Shown: piece after piece, positions 48,611 to 61,769 of the stretch
How the letters are laid out: each line of letters opens with the position of its first letter
Numbering within the stretch: the first letter of the stretch is position 1
Source of the DNA: Camelus ferus
Lineage: Eukaryota
Reading direction: 5' to 3'
Assembly: GCF_009834535.1 (NCBI RefSeq)
Contig: NC_045697.1
Location: 74,092,001 to 74,156,000 of the forward strand
Length of the DNA: 64,000 nucleotides
Program-made: the position numbers and the translations under genes
Notes under the pieces: generated by a model
What the model was told of the DNA's origin: nothing
The model's input: only the letters and a program-made list of their open reading frames with translations
The model's database searches: none

Positions 48611-50054
48611 CAGAAGAACTTTTGCCCTTTCTTTTCTTTCTCTGTCCTCTCACTTAATAATCTCTTTCCTGCCACTTTCTTTCATTCCTGTCATTTTAAA
48701 AAACTGATCCATCAAACAACAGGAAGTAAGTTTTAATGTATATAAAACTGCTCAAAATGCTCAGAGGAAGGAGGCCCTGGAACTATAAATATAAACAAGT
48801 AATTTATAAAATATCACTGGGTTAATGGATTAGTGTTTCTGGAATCGTATTTTAATTTTCTGAAAAATATCTCAAGTCTATGGAAAGGAGAAGAGCATGC
48901 ACATAAAGATTTATGTGCAATGGATGTTTAATGTCATGTCATTTATAATAAATAAAAATGGGAATACCTAAATTCTAACTTGAGACAACTAGTTATATAA
49001 ATTATACATATTAATCTCTGACACAGAGAGATGCTCATTACATATTCTTAATTGAAATAGTTACAAAAATCTGCAAAGTATAGTCTCATATGTGTATAGA
49101 AATGTAAATAGAAAAGCATAGAAATAGAGGGATCATCTGAAGGAAAAAACAGTATGCTTTCTAGATTCTGGAATTGCAGATAATTTTAATTCTTATCTTT
49201 CCTCATATTTTCAATACTGTCTATCATGAACATGTCTCATTTTATAATCATAAGGAAAATCACAATAAATTTCAGCACCAGGGGTTGGGGAATAAGCATA
49301 TCCCTTAATAGTTTAATGGACTTACAGAATTTCAACTGTAATCTTTGGTTTCTAAATGAAAGGTCAAAACTAAATATAAGGAAGGCCTGCTTGTCTCATA
49401 AAGGAGAAACTGCCCATTGGATTTGAATCGATTGGATAAACATTTGAAAAAAGCTAAGTGAAGTTGTTATACCAATTCAGATACTCTGCTTGCAATCAAA
49501 CTTTCAAATGTTCTTCTGCTTTCAACTTTGAGTAAACAACTCTTTAAAACATAGAGCATATTTTGAATTAAACATGTTCACCTTTGGATGAACTTCAGGC
49601 CATAACTTTAAAAGATTTCTGTGATGCAGAATTGAGATTGGATTATTATTGGTTTAGGAAGTATTTTTTTGTGTCATACTTTTTTGTACCATAGTTTAGC
49701 TGCCAGATATAAAGTAGAATTTACCAATCAAGATGACCTTTGCTCTGCTAATAATGTTGCTTAGAAATAGGCTATTAAAATTTGTCTTTGGTGGTACCTG
49801 TTCTGATTTTAAAAGTGAAGTTTTAGAGTTTTAAAAGTTATTCTCTTCTTTCACAGATGAGAAATACATGATTAGTGAAGATATGACTTATTGATCTGTT
49901 GAAAATCATAGTAATAACTGTATTTCTTTGTTGTTGACTATGGTCCAGTGTCACACAGGTGGTAAAGGAGGTATAATCATGAGAAGTTAATTAGGCCAAA
50001 ACAGTTAGAATGTAATTTCTTTTAAAAGATATGTATTTTCTCAATAATGTTGTG

Positions 50055-50295
50055 TGTATGTGGCATAATGGTTAGAACTGTATACCGAGTTTGAATTCTG
50101 ACTCCATCATTTACTGTTTATAATGTTGGGAAATTACTTAAAACTTCCTAACCTTACTATCCTTCTTTGTAAAACAAGAGTTGTTGTACCTATTAAATGA
50201 GGCTCTTGTGAGAATTAAGTGCCACAATCCGTGAAAAGTTACTCAGAGTAAGTACCTTGCACATAGTGAGTACTCAATAAATGTTAGCTAGTAAT
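50055..50295 (+). mobile_element. MIR
   Basis: GAGTTTGAATTCTGACTCCATCATTTACT..TTGTGAGAATTAAGT..GCACATAGTGAGTACTCAATAAATGTTAGCTA. Confidence 0.8.
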
Positions 50296-51481
50296 ACATT
50301 TCTGTAGCATCTTTGCCGTCTAATTCAGAAAGAAGCAAAAACTCCTCAACTTATGTTTTGATTCTCTTTTATTCAACTATGTGCTTATAGGACACCTTTT
50401 CTAATTTTTGGTCTGTAATGTACTAAATAGAAAGGTAAGACAGTAACTTTCTGTGGCAAGCGTTACAAGCACTTGTGGGTTTTTTCAAGCAGCTGTTCTT
50501 AAATCTGAGCTAAAAGATTTAATATCTTCAAATCATCAAATTAAACTTTCTTAACATGGGATAGTTCTGAATATGAGCCATTGGGTTCTGAGAATGTGCT
50601 CCCAAGATTCTGCAATGGCGGGATCTTTTCCACCAATCAAAAAAATTAACAAGAGTTTAGCTTGCCTTAGAGACTTTACTCTTCTGTTTTACATATTGGT
50701 ACACAGGAAGTTTTATTTGGGAAAAAAAAAAAACAAACCTTGCCCTAACCTCCACCCCACACCTAAGTAAATGAAGTATATTCTGTGGTCTAAGAAACTG
50801 CAGTTTTGGTGCCCACTTGAAGCCATTGTTTTCCAGGGGATCCTGAAGCCACAGGGAAGACACCTTCCTCTTTCTTTTATCTGGAAGGCTTAGACTGACA
50901 AAAAGGAGGAGGGCTTTGGAAGCTGTTCTTTACTGATAGGTATTTTTTTTTTAATCACAATGCTTTGGTGTAATAAGCTAATTGAGATACCAACTTTCAG
51001 AAATGAAAAACTTTCATTTCTAGTTTGTTTTTTTTTTTTAATCTTGAGCTCTCATAATTCTCCTAATACCTATCACTGCTTTTGTCCAGGACTCAAATCA
51101 GATGGTATTTCAGAAAATACTTATTTTTCCTTCGAGTTTATATGTAAGCCTATTTCTTGTCCTTTTTGTGGACAAATATGTGGAGTACCTATCTTTGAGT
51201 CACCAGTCTGATAACAATTTTCTTCCCTCTGTGGCTAATAGTCAAAGCAGTGCTTCCCTCTACACTAGTATTAAAGGTAGGAAAAGAGACCTCGGTGACT
51301 GTCTGGGAAATAAATCATCCCCCAAAAGGGAATTCCTAAAATTAAAGGCTATATTTTAAAATGAAATAAGACTTGGTAACTCAGCATTTATATTGGAGAG
51401 AAGCTTTTATTGGCCAAAAGAAAGGTACTGATTTGGATTTAATATAATCAATAGACTTCTGAAAATGTCTTACATGAGGGT

Positions 51482-51484
<3 letters not shown>

Positions 51485-51513
<29 letters not shown>
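51485..51513. repeat. (AT)n microsatellite
   Basis: About 14 AT units. Confidence 0.95.
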
Positions 51514-51516
<3 letters not shown>

Positions 51517-51535
51517 TGATAGTTAGATGTACCCA

Positions 51536-51702
51536 GTTTGTCTGTTTGTTCAGTTATTTATTTTGGGTTTTTTTAGGGGAGGTAGTTAGGTTTATCTACT
51601 TTTTCATTTGTTTGTTTGTTTTTTAACAGAGGTACTGGGTATTGAATCAAGGACCTCGTGCATGCTAAGCACGCACTCTACCACTGAGCTATTCCTTCCC
51701 CC
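51536..51702 (-). mobile_element. tRNA-Ala-derived SINE (camelid Vic-1-like), long form
   Basis: Minus strand GGGGGAAGGAATAGCTCAGTGGTAGAGTGCGTGCTTAGCATGCACGAGGTCCTTGATTCAATACCCAGTACCTC..ATAAACCTAACTACCTCCCC plus an A-rich tail. Confidence 0.88.
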
Positions 51703-52899
51703 TTCCTTGTTTATTTTAACATTTTAAATAACTTTAAAAATCTACCTTAAAGGTAATTTAATCATCTAAAACTACTAGGCTCTTTCTCATAGTTTCTGTA
51801 GTTACCAAAAACTAGAGGTGGAGAGGTTTATAAGGAAAACAGGTCTTACACCAAATTTTCTGTCTCTCTCTCTCACACAAACACACAGAAAACAGTTAAC
51901 ACAACTTGTATAAAATTGGGTTAAGTTCACCCTCTCTGCATTTTGGGTGCTCAGACACAGTTGCATAACTAGGGGCAGATACCTATATTCTAATGGCAAG
52001 TCCTACACACACAGTCACACCTCGTGCCATAACTATATATGAAATATTTCTCTCAGAACCTGTCAGAGGAGTCAAGATTCCTTTTGCTAGATCAAGCTTC
52101 TTTCCTTGGTGACAGGTTAAAACAGCTGCCCACAGTCTGCCCGAGATGGGGTTAAATATCCCGTTGAACAGTCTGGTTAGTGAAGCTCCCTCCACAAGCG
52201 CTCTCTTGGGGTGAACACAGTCCAGTTCAGAGTCTCTGAGCAGTTTCTCCTTTCTCACCTTCTATGTTCTCACTAAATCTCTCTTATTCTTGCCTTCTAA
52301 AACTCCCTCTATTTTCTCAACCTACTCGCACCCTAAAAACTTTTTGTTTCTTTACAATTCTGATTTTCAGCCTTATAATCCCACTCCCAAAATGGCCTGC
52401 AGATTTTGTTTATACACTATTCATACTAATATTAGGGCAAATATTAGCACATTTAGAATCAAATGGTGTATTTGTTTTTAAGTTTGTCTCTGGTTGCTCT
52501 GGGTTGCTCCTAATCTACATATATATTGTCACAAGAAAGGGAGGGGGGAAATATGTGTGGAGATGGACCACAAAATGGGCTATTTGTCTTTGAGAGTCTA
52601 GCCAAACTATGCCACAGTTTACAACTGTGAATTAGAGGAGAAATTGTGTCTGGCTTAATAACATGTTGTGGGAAGTGGGGAGAAATGGTTTAGGCATCAA
52701 GAGACTCCATTCTGGTTCTGGGTTTGCAACTGATCAACTGGATGACCTTGCACAATTACTTAAGTTTTTGGATATCAGTTTCCTAAAATGTAGGTGGTTA
52801 AGGCTGAAAATTGAATTCAATGTTCACTGGCTCTGACAATCAGTTTTTTGGAATCACCTGCTCAGAGGCCACAGGAAAGGCAGAGATTGTTCTTTTTAT

Positions 52900-53140
52900 G
52901 AAGAAAAATGTACTTTGATGGGAAAGGCACAGATCTGAGAGCTGGCACACCTGAGCTAGACTCTCATTTCTGCCTCTACCAGATGTTCTAGAGTGAAGCT
53001 ATGTAACTGCCTTTAGCCTCATCTCTCCATCTGTGAACAAGAATGTTAATGTTTGCCTCCTGGAGTTGTTCCGAGGATTGCATGAGTTACACTATGCAAA
53101 TGATATGCACACAGTAGATGGTTTATAAATGGTAGCTAGT
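52900..53140 (+). mobile_element. MIR
   Basis: AGCCTCATCTCTCCATCTGTGAA..GAGTTGTTCCGAGGATT..GCACACAGTAG..ATAAATGGTAGCTA. Confidence 0.7.
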
Positions 53141-54668
53141 CTTAATGCTCTTATTGGCTTATTGATCTAAAAAGGAGACAGTATTTTGACTGGGGATGAC
53201 TTGAAGAATTCAGTGCTATAAAGAACTTAGTAACTATTAGATTGTTTAAAATGTCCAACACAGAAATGTTTAAATGTTTCAAGTAAAAAGGGAAAATTCC
53301 CCTCTTCTCCCCTCTAGGTCCACTGTCTGTATATGTATCTTTCTGGACTTTTCCTAAATGTGAAATACATAAATATAATTGCTTTCTTTCATAAAAATAT
53401 ATTATGTTATATATACTATTAGATAAAAATTCTTGAATGATAAATGGAAAGAAATAATCTCTATTTCTTGATTTAATAAGAAAACAGTAGCTTTGGAGTA
53501 AAATATTAGCTGTGATCAAAGTGGAAAGAAGAAGATATCTCCATGTCACTCTAGCTTTTTTATTTTTAACAAAGCCTCTGTAGGTGTTGCTTTTATTAGA
53601 TGTTAATCACAATACTTTAAAATAAATCATTAAAGCTTCAAGACTAAAAACCATTATTCAAATAATCATGTTAGTTGGGCAAAGTAAAATCATATACACA
53701 TTGTTTAATTTGAAGGAAATTTTCTGAATGTGTGGATCATAAATTAAAAAACAACTCTCCCAGATGCTACTAGCCCCTTTTCCTGCAAAGCCACTTGCTT
53801 TCAGCCTTAAGAAGTTTTGCAAACACAGAGGATGGTCGGAAAGGATAGAGATGCTCTGCTGTTATTTGTTACTCTGAGTGCAAACTGACCTAGTTATGGT
53901 TGCTATGGATACCATAATTTTGAATTTAATACTATTCTCTGAAGGCGTAGCAATACAGATCCACAAAATCCAGAGCCCAATCTGGATCTCAGCCTTGAAA
54001 GGTGAAGAAACTGAGTCAGAGAGGCTGGATAGTTTATCTCTAAGAGTCTTAGAGTAATCTCAGAATTAATGAGGCTGATGTCTATGATTAGTTCAGTGGT
54101 CAATGTGCTTTTAAAGGTCACTCAATCCATTAAAAAAATGCTTCTTAGCTTAAGTGATTTACATGAGTCCTTGCCGCACTTATTAAAAATATGTTCTTTC
54201 TCCTTATAATCTACAATTACTACTTTTCACCTCCAAACTAAGAAAGCACATGTATCTGCTTGGAGTCAATATACTGAGTTCTTACAGCAAATGGGTTTCT
54301 GCACAAACAAAAACCAAGTGAAGTAAAAAAGAAAATCCTTAAAGGTGGAAGAAAAGAAGATAGTTTCTTTTAACTTGAGTCTCTAGGATCACTTAGGGGT
54401 CATATATTCTGAGTCTTCAGTGTATAATCCTGCATATGAAACAAGGTACTGTGACATGTAAATTTAAATATTCAACTACATTATTAAGATTTTATTTTTC
54501 AATAAATGGTTTTCTAATTATTCATGGTTACAATAAAAGAAACAGAAAGCTGGCTGCTTACAACTAAAATAAAAAGTCCCTATAGTTCTATCTCACACTT
54601 AGAAGCTAGTTAATGCCAATTAAACCCAAATTTTGGGAAATAAAGATGGGAGAAATTGGAGAGGAGGC

Positions 54669-54690
54669 AAAAAAAAAAAAAAAAAAAAAA
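54669..54690. repeat. Poly(A) tract
   Basis: About 22 consecutive A. Confidence 0.95.
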
Positions 54691-55844
54691 GTCTTCTGGA
54701 CTCTCCCTGGAAAATGAGAACAATTCATCTTCTGTATCAATCATTTTGACTCAAGTTGCAGTTCTGCTGGAATAACTGTTAAATGAATTCTGAAGAGCAT
54801 GAACTGTTGGAAATTGAACCAACCCAATGCTCTGACTTAGATACTGACATCATTAAATAGATGGTTTTCAAAGATTCTGGGGACACTTTTTCTTGCTTAT
54901 GTAGCTGGTTTTGATCATAGCCAGGCTATCCCAGGCACTTGTGAAGATTCTTCCCCTTCCCAAGATAGGTTCCCCCACCGGCCCCCACTCACCTCGCCCA
55001 CCAACAACCTTGAAAATCTTGCAACGGATGATTCATTACAGCTGAGACAAAGGCCCAAGTACAACCATATGTCATTGCTAAAATTACTTCAGTCAAAAGG
55101 ATAAAAACATTAGAAGGTTTACCTCCTTCAAACCTCAGCTCCCATCCATTGTTTGTTGACAGGATTATTATGCTGCTGCTCGGTCAGTGCATTAACAAAA
55201 ATTGTTGCTTTCAGGAAGCAGAGCAGTGGGTATAGAAACACAGCTACAGATAGCAGGGTCCCTATGAACAATTTATAGTTGAATAGGAAGCTCTCAAAGC
55301 TGGCTTTATGGTCATCTCACAAATGCATTAATGACCTCATCTTTGAGGAAGTAATATTCTCTGATTTTCTCCTTTGTTTCCAGATCTATATCCTCCTTTT
55401 CTGGGAAGAGAATACTAATCAGAGAGAGAGAAAAAAAATCCTGCTGCTTACAGCGAAGCCTTTCCTCATAAATCAGTAGCTTGCAAAAGACCTAAAGCTG
55501 CTATTTCTGACCCCCACGAAAACAAGCATTTATTGATCTCGTATTGCTAGTAATGAGACTTCAAAGGCAAATGGTTTGAAGAGCTTATAATCTAACGAGT
55601 CACAGAGTATACAGAGCTCCCACTGCTAAGACAGAGGTATGCGGCCATGTGATTGCAGAAGAGGGTGTGAGTGATTGTTCTCAGGGGACAGGAAGGAAAT
55701 GTCACAGAAGAGGGGAAGTTTAAGTTGGGTCTTGAAGAATAAGTAGGACTTCACAGGATGGGGAGAGCTATTCCAAGTAAAAGAAACAGCTTGAACAAGA
55801 TCAATCCTAGAAGACAACAGAATACGGAGTAGGTAATGGGAATA

Positions 55845-56420
55845 TATGAGTCAGATTGCATTTTCCAAAGATAACCACAGCAATTGCTCCCCTTTTGTAA
55901 ATTCTTCTTATAATGCAACTTTGATACCCCTCCCATTGAGAGGGTGGGGGTCCATGTTCCCTCTCCTTGAATCTGGGTAGGCTCTGAGATGATGGTGGAA
56001 GTGACACTATGTGACTTCATTGAATAGGTCATACCAGTGGATATAGTTTCTGCCTAGTTCTCTTAGGACACTCTCCTTTGGAGTCCTGAGCCACGATTAA
56101 ATAAGCAGTCTGACTTCTCTAGGCTGCTATGATGTGAAGGAAGCTCAAACTAGCCCATGTGGAGAGATGAAGGAGGCCCTGAAACCATAGGAAGAGAGAA
56201 AGCTGCCTGGTCGACCTGTGGCTGTTCTAGCTGCCTGCTGTTCCAGCTCCAGCAAACAGTCCACCTACAAGGACATGAGGGAGCCGCGTCAGAACTGCTT
56301 AGCTGAGCCTTCCCTGAATTCCCCATCCAAGGAAGCTGTGAGCGCTAATACAGTGGTAATCATTGCTGGAAGCAACTGTTTTGAGGGTGATTTGTTATTC
56401 AGCAATCAATAACTAGAAGA
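55845..56420 (+). mobile_element. MaLR solo LTR (MLT1H/F-like) nested in an antisense L2 (about 55520-56620)
   Basis: CAGATTGCATTTTCCAAAGAT..CTCCCATTGAGAGG..CTCCTTGAATCTGGGTAGGCT..GGAAGTGACACTATGTGACTTC..TTTGTTATTCAGCAATCAATAACTAGAA. Flanks are L2-like. Confidence 0.78.
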
Positions 56421-56809
56421 GTAAGCGATTGGAAACGAAACTGGACAGTCTGATTGAAGCCTAAAGAATGTTTGGATTTCTTTCTACATGCAGTGGGAAA
56501 CCATCTGTCAAGCTTTTTAATCTGAAGAATGACATGATCAAATTTATGGTTAAAAAGGAAATTCAAGAGGCACTGGGTAAGATGAACAGGAGTAGGGAGA
56601 CATCGGGAGAATGCTGCAGGAACTGCCCAAGTTTAACTGCATGAAAATCTCTTGAGATGGTGGTAAGATTTCAGATCCCTCAGGTTCATCCCAAAGGATA
56701 AAGGATAGATAGGTAGTGGACAATTGTTTCTAGATGCTTTTAATGGTGAAAAAAAAAAGTGCCTTTGTGTGCACTTTTTGTATGGCAGGTAGTTTGCTAG
56801 CATTTTACA

Positions 56810-56980
56810 TAGAGCAGAGTGGCTAAGACCTCAGGCTTTGCTACACAAAAGGCCTGAATTTGAGTCTTCACTCCATTATTTACAAGTTGTGTCATCCTGG
56901 GAAAATTACTCAAATTCTCTGAGCCTGTTTCCAGTATCTGTAAAATATGGATATGATTCTACCTTCCTCACTATTCTACC
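56810..56980 (+). mobile_element. MIR fragment
   Basis: GCCTGAATTTGAGTC..CTGGGAAAATTACTCAAATTCTCTGAGCCTGTTTCC..ATCTGTAAAAT. Confidence 0.7.
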
Positions 56981-57099
56981 TACGTATAATCCTTCTATAC
57001 AGAAGATGTCTGCTAAACACAAACTACTGCAAACTTTCCCAGAAGTGTTATTCCCACGGGTTTCAACTTCCTTACCTCCTTTAATGGAGCCTCTTCCAC

Positions 57100-57850
57100 T
57101 CCTCCTTATACCTCTACCTCTTTACTTAAACTGTTTTGGAAAAGTTTATAGATGACCAACATTGTGCCAAATTCAAGGAATCATCTTCTACTGTCATTTT
57201 ATCTGGCCTGTCAGCAGACTGACGACCCTTCATTTTGGAAACGCTTCCTTCCAGACTTCCCCGATGCCACATTCTCCTGCTTTTTTCCCACCTCAGTGGC
57301 TGTCCTCTTCTGCCTTCTTTGCTGGCTTTTCCTCCAATCCCACCTCTAAATTTAGAGTTCTCCAGGGCTTAACTTTGATCTTTCTTGTCCAGATGCATTT
57401 TCTTCCTGAATGGTTTCATCAATCCATGGTTTAAAATATTATGTAAATTCTGATGACTCCCAATTTTTAATCTAAAATCTAAATAGTGACTTCACATTTA
57501 CAAATCCAGAGTCTACCTGACACTTGCCTTGAGTATCTTACAGCCATCTTAACCTGAATCAGTCTTAAATGGAATTCCTGACAACCACACCGAACTTCCT
57601 CTTTCTCTTGTCCTTCTTTCTTCCTAGGTTAGCAGATAGCACCAACGTCCTCCTAATGAGTCAGTCTTAAAACCTGGAATTCATCCTTCATTCCTCTTTC
57701 TACTCACTCACCTCAATCAAACCATGTACAAGTTCTGGCAGTTCAACTTTTAAAACATACCTGAATCCATCAACATTTCTCCATTTCTACCACCACTACC
57801 AGCTCCAGGCACTTCTTGCCTGGACCCCTATGATGAGTTCCTAATGTATA
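57100..57850 (+). mobile_element. L2 remnant
   Basis: CCACATTCTCCTGCTTTTTCCCACCTCAGTGGCTG..TGATGACTCCCAA..AAAACCTGGAATTCATCCTT..TTCTCCATTTCTACCACCACTACC. Confidence 0.75.
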
Positions 57851-58034
57851 CAAATAAGTTCTTTTACTTTCTCCAATCCAATTTATTTATGATTTTATTC
57901 AAGAGATGTGATCTCTGTTCTGGAATTAAGAGTTTTACAGCCTAAGGGCACTGGGTCTTAGAATCTGGAAATCACATAATTCTAGACCTGAAATAGATTT
58001 CTGTATCATTTAATCTACACCCTACATCAACAAG

Positions 58035-58400
58035 GATAGTCTAGGTTTTTGCTAAAGGAGTGAAAAACAAAACAAAACAAAAAAACACAGCATCAAATCT
58101 CGGTGACTTAAAGTACCGAAGAATTCTTTCTGCACAAACTATACAACAATTATGGGGTGGCTGGGGGCTCTACTCCAAGTCATTCTCATTCCAGGACTCA
58201 TCTGATGGAGCAAACCCTGCCTGGAATCTTGCCAGTCACCATGGACGAGGGAAAGAAAGCTACAGCAGATCACACACTAGTCCTCAACACTTTTCCAGAG
58301 TAACACACATCAATCAGTTTCTTTGGCCAAATCAAATTACATGGCCACACATAAGTTGGGAGGGTGCAGGGCAGTGCAATACTCTGCAAACATATTCAGT
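58035..58400 (-). mobile_element. MaLR LTR remnant (MLT1-like)
   Basis: ATAGTCTAGGTTTTTGCT..AAATCTCGGTGACTTAAA..TTTCTTTGGCCAAATCAAATTACATGGCCACAC. Confidence 0.6.
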
Positions 58401-58889
58401 GAATAGCTCCAATGACTAACTCATCCTTACCTTTTACAGATGAAAGAATTGGGACCTATAGAGATGTCACTTGTAATGTCGTGAAGCTGATTTATATCTT
58501 AGCCAAAACTAAAACTGGGTCTTGGATTCACTGTCTAGTACCTTTTAAAATAATGAACCAGGAACTGCTTATTCTTAACTCTAAATAAAATTAATTTAAA
58601 TGTCAATATTTTATTTATTTAAGTAATGTAAAATCCCTGTATTGAAATTCTTTTGTACCTCTGTCATAAAATACAAAACATAGACAAATTAGTGGCCTTG
58701 TTCCTCCAGGTTCACTAACGTTCTAGCAAAATGCTCAGTGACAAAACACTCTCTAACCTAGCCGTTCTCATTGCCAGCAAAACTAAACCATGTTTTATGC
58801 TGGTGATTCTAAACACATTGGCTTAAACAGTGTCAGAGAGATAAGCAAGAGAACTGTGAATTTATTTTCTAATCAAGCACTGTCTGTTG

Positions 58890-59385
58890 AATCCCTTGGA
58901 AATGTACTGACAAGAACTCCAACCAACACTGGCTTTCGGAAGGGAGGTTCCTCTTTCTCCTCGTAACAAGTCTAAAGGTGGATGGCTGCCAGTATTGGTT
59001 CAATAGCTCAATGTTATCAGAGCCAGTAGTTCTCTTGGTCCCTTCTCATGGACACAGGGTGACTGCAACTGCTCCATGCACTACATCTGTGATCAAGTCT
59101 GGATGAAGCCAGCTGTTACCAAATCTTTTATTAGAGAAGCAAAAGCTGTCCCTGAATCAACTCCCTGCCCCTCCATTCTAGCAGATTACTACTGAGGTCT
59201 CATTTGCCAGGACTGGGATGACATAGCTACCTCTAGTGACAACAGAGACTAGAAAATAGGACACAAAATTATCATCATGATTGACCAAGCCTAATACTGC
59301 CTTGAACAAAATAAGGATCTGTTGGCATGGAGTGGGAGGGGGTGGGAATGAATACTGAGAAAGCAACTAACAGGGTCTGTCCCAT
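58890..59385 (-). mobile_element. MaLR LTR remnant (MLT1K-like)
   Basis: TGGTTCAATAGCTCAATGTTATCAG..GGTCTCATTTGCCAGGACTGGG..ATACTGAGAAAGCAACTAACAGGGTCTG. Confidence 0.6.
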
Positions 59386-59552
59386 TCACTGAGTGACTAA
59401 AAGGTGGTTTTGAAAGAATTTATCTATTGTTTTTAAAGTTGACACAGAAAATATTGTGAATAAATGAAAATAAATATTTACTACTGAATTAATTGTAGCC
59501 ATATTATATGTCTTCCCAACTGATGAATTTTTAAAATATAATAAAGCTACTA

Positions 59553-60130
59553 CAGTCAGTTCTGCTATAATGCTTTGTTTTGAAAACAAATTTGTTCCAA
59601 CAAAACTGATGTATTAGGGAACTGTTTGAGCATGACACAATTTCACATTTACTTATGTGTGAGCTCATCCACTCAAAATACTAGGTGAATGTAGAAAACT
59701 GTACCCAGATGCCAAAGGGGAACACACAAAACTCACATGTGTATACCCCTCAAGATTACCAGTGCCTTCAGCTCACCATCTGTGGTACTGGCCACACCAC
59801 CCACATTTGGTGACGTACATTTCCATCCAATTTCTAATACCACTTGTTCCAACACTGACTATAACTCTTAAGCTGTAACTTTTCTAATGACCACTTCCAC
59901 AAGCAACTGTCAATTCTTTTTAATATAAATTGCTGTGTTTATTGCCGTTTTTATGGATTTCTTAACCATTTATCACATGTAAAACTGTGCTAGCATTTTT
60001 TTTTTAATTTTCTGTTTTTGTATGGATCACTGACAAAGTTTTTGAGTGCTGTGATCCTAACCTAGTATTTCTCATAAGCCTTGTACTTTTAATTGCATGA
60101 CTTTGTGGTAGTAACATATGTTAGTATATG
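59553..60130 (+). mobile_element. Tigger13a-like TcMar-Tigger element
   Basis: TA|CAGTCAGTTCTGCTATAATGCTT..TTTGAAAA..ATTTGTTCCAAC..TATTAGGGAAC..TTTGAGCAT..ACTAGGTGAATGTAGAAAACTGTACCCAG matches the recalled Tigger13a 5' end. Confidence 0.75.
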
Positions 60131-61059
60131 TCTGTTAGTAACCAGGTGCATACATACAAACCATAAAAACATATATGTATACATAATATTAGAATACAAT
60201 GGAGATGTCTTTAATGTGAATCAAAAAAAGCTCATTTTACATCTTAGCAGTGAATGTGCTTTTAAAAACATTTATTAAATGTACTTGGGATGTCTTGTTA
60301 AAAAAAAATCTATCAACTATATTAAATAAAATCCATTCAACATGCCAAGCTATATGTAGATGTCTTTATAGTGGGTGAAGATCTGTCATTTATCTTTTAA
60401 GATAATTATACAAATTGTATTCAGCCCACATATCCTGAGTTGGAAAAATCATTTTTAATCTCTTTTTCCTCATTTATAAACCTTGTCTAACGAGAGCTAG
60501 CTATGATTCAAACTGGGCGGCACAAAGCGGGATTTTGGCAGTCTCTTTACAATAAAAAAGCGTCTACTTTCCTCCGTGGGGGCTCTCTTCTCTTTAACAA
60601 GGGCCTACAAAACACTCTGCACATTCCCAGAGCTTCTGAGGATTTCCCCCTTGAGAAATCTCAGTAAATACGATGACAAACAACTTCAAAAAATTAATGA
60701 AAGCCCTTCACTATTTGCCTTTCTCCAGCCCCACCCCCTTTACCCCCATCCTTTCCACTTTCTGCGCGTCTTTTCTCAGTTTCAAACATTTTTTCTTCCT
60801 CTTATTTTCCCAAGGTCAGTTGCCTTTTTCGGGCACTCCATCTGCTAAAGGGATGGAGAAAAGATCTTATACAGAAATCACATTCTGACTCAGTTCTTGT
60901 TTTCCCAGGGTCCAGGACTTGGGAGGACAGGGTTGGCACCGTGAAAGGACTGATTTCAGACAAGGGCAGTGCGTGGAGAGCAAGAAATCGCAAGAGCTTC
61001 AGGCCTCTGTGGCCTTTCCCTCCTCCGGTGCCTGCTGCCAGACCCCTCTCCAGCACCAA

Positions 61060-61769
61060 CCCTTGTTTTCTGAGGAATGCGGATCAGGGTTCGGCGGGTA
61101 TGATTTTAGTAAACAGTCTCTGAATGCTGTGTTTAGGGGCGGAAGCATGAGTTTGAATGCGGCACAGGAATCCTTAAGACGATTCTGTACCCGCTGTTGT
61201 GATGTGAATGCAAATCCTCGGAGCCCCACGCTAGCTCCGCGGTCACGTGTGGGTGAGTCTAGCTGAAAGTCACGCACGCCAGCCCCGTCTGCTCAGGGCA
61301 GCGGACCACAGCGCCGTGGCCCAGCGCACCTGTACACACCCACAGGCACACACTCACCCATAAGCCGTAGGTTACACACAAGCGTGCTTCCCCTCCTCCC
61401 TGCCTCACCTGGTTCACTTTCCTTTCCCTCTCCCCGCCCCCAAGCCCTCGCCCCACACAATGGATTTTTGTTTGCTCCTGTAGCATGTGAACGCAGTCCC
61501 TGCTTTGCCTAGCTCCCTGCAGCAGGTCTCTCAGGTAACAGGTGGCAGCTTCCCCTGTTGGATTCTAAGTATAAAAAAGAATGACCTCATAGGGGTGGAG
61601 CCCTGGGACTCCGTGGAGGTGGCAGTCACAGCCAGGTAACCCTGCAGCGAAGCCGGTTAGTTGGAAGGGGGCAGTTAAACTCTTCTAGCTGGTGGCTTTA
61701 ATCTTCACCCTGAGGCCCTTTAGCAACCAGCCACTGCTCGCGGGCCTCTAGAACTTGCCTCTGCCGCTG
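61060..61769 (+). promoter_or_regulatory. ARHGEF38 promoter / 5' UTR region (weak CpG island)
   Basis: Locally elevated GC and CpG upstream of the ATG. GC box CCCCGCCCC at 61432-61440, TATAAAAA at 61570-61577, GTCACGTG at 61242-61249, octamer ATGCAAAT at 61208-61215. Confidence 0.7.
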
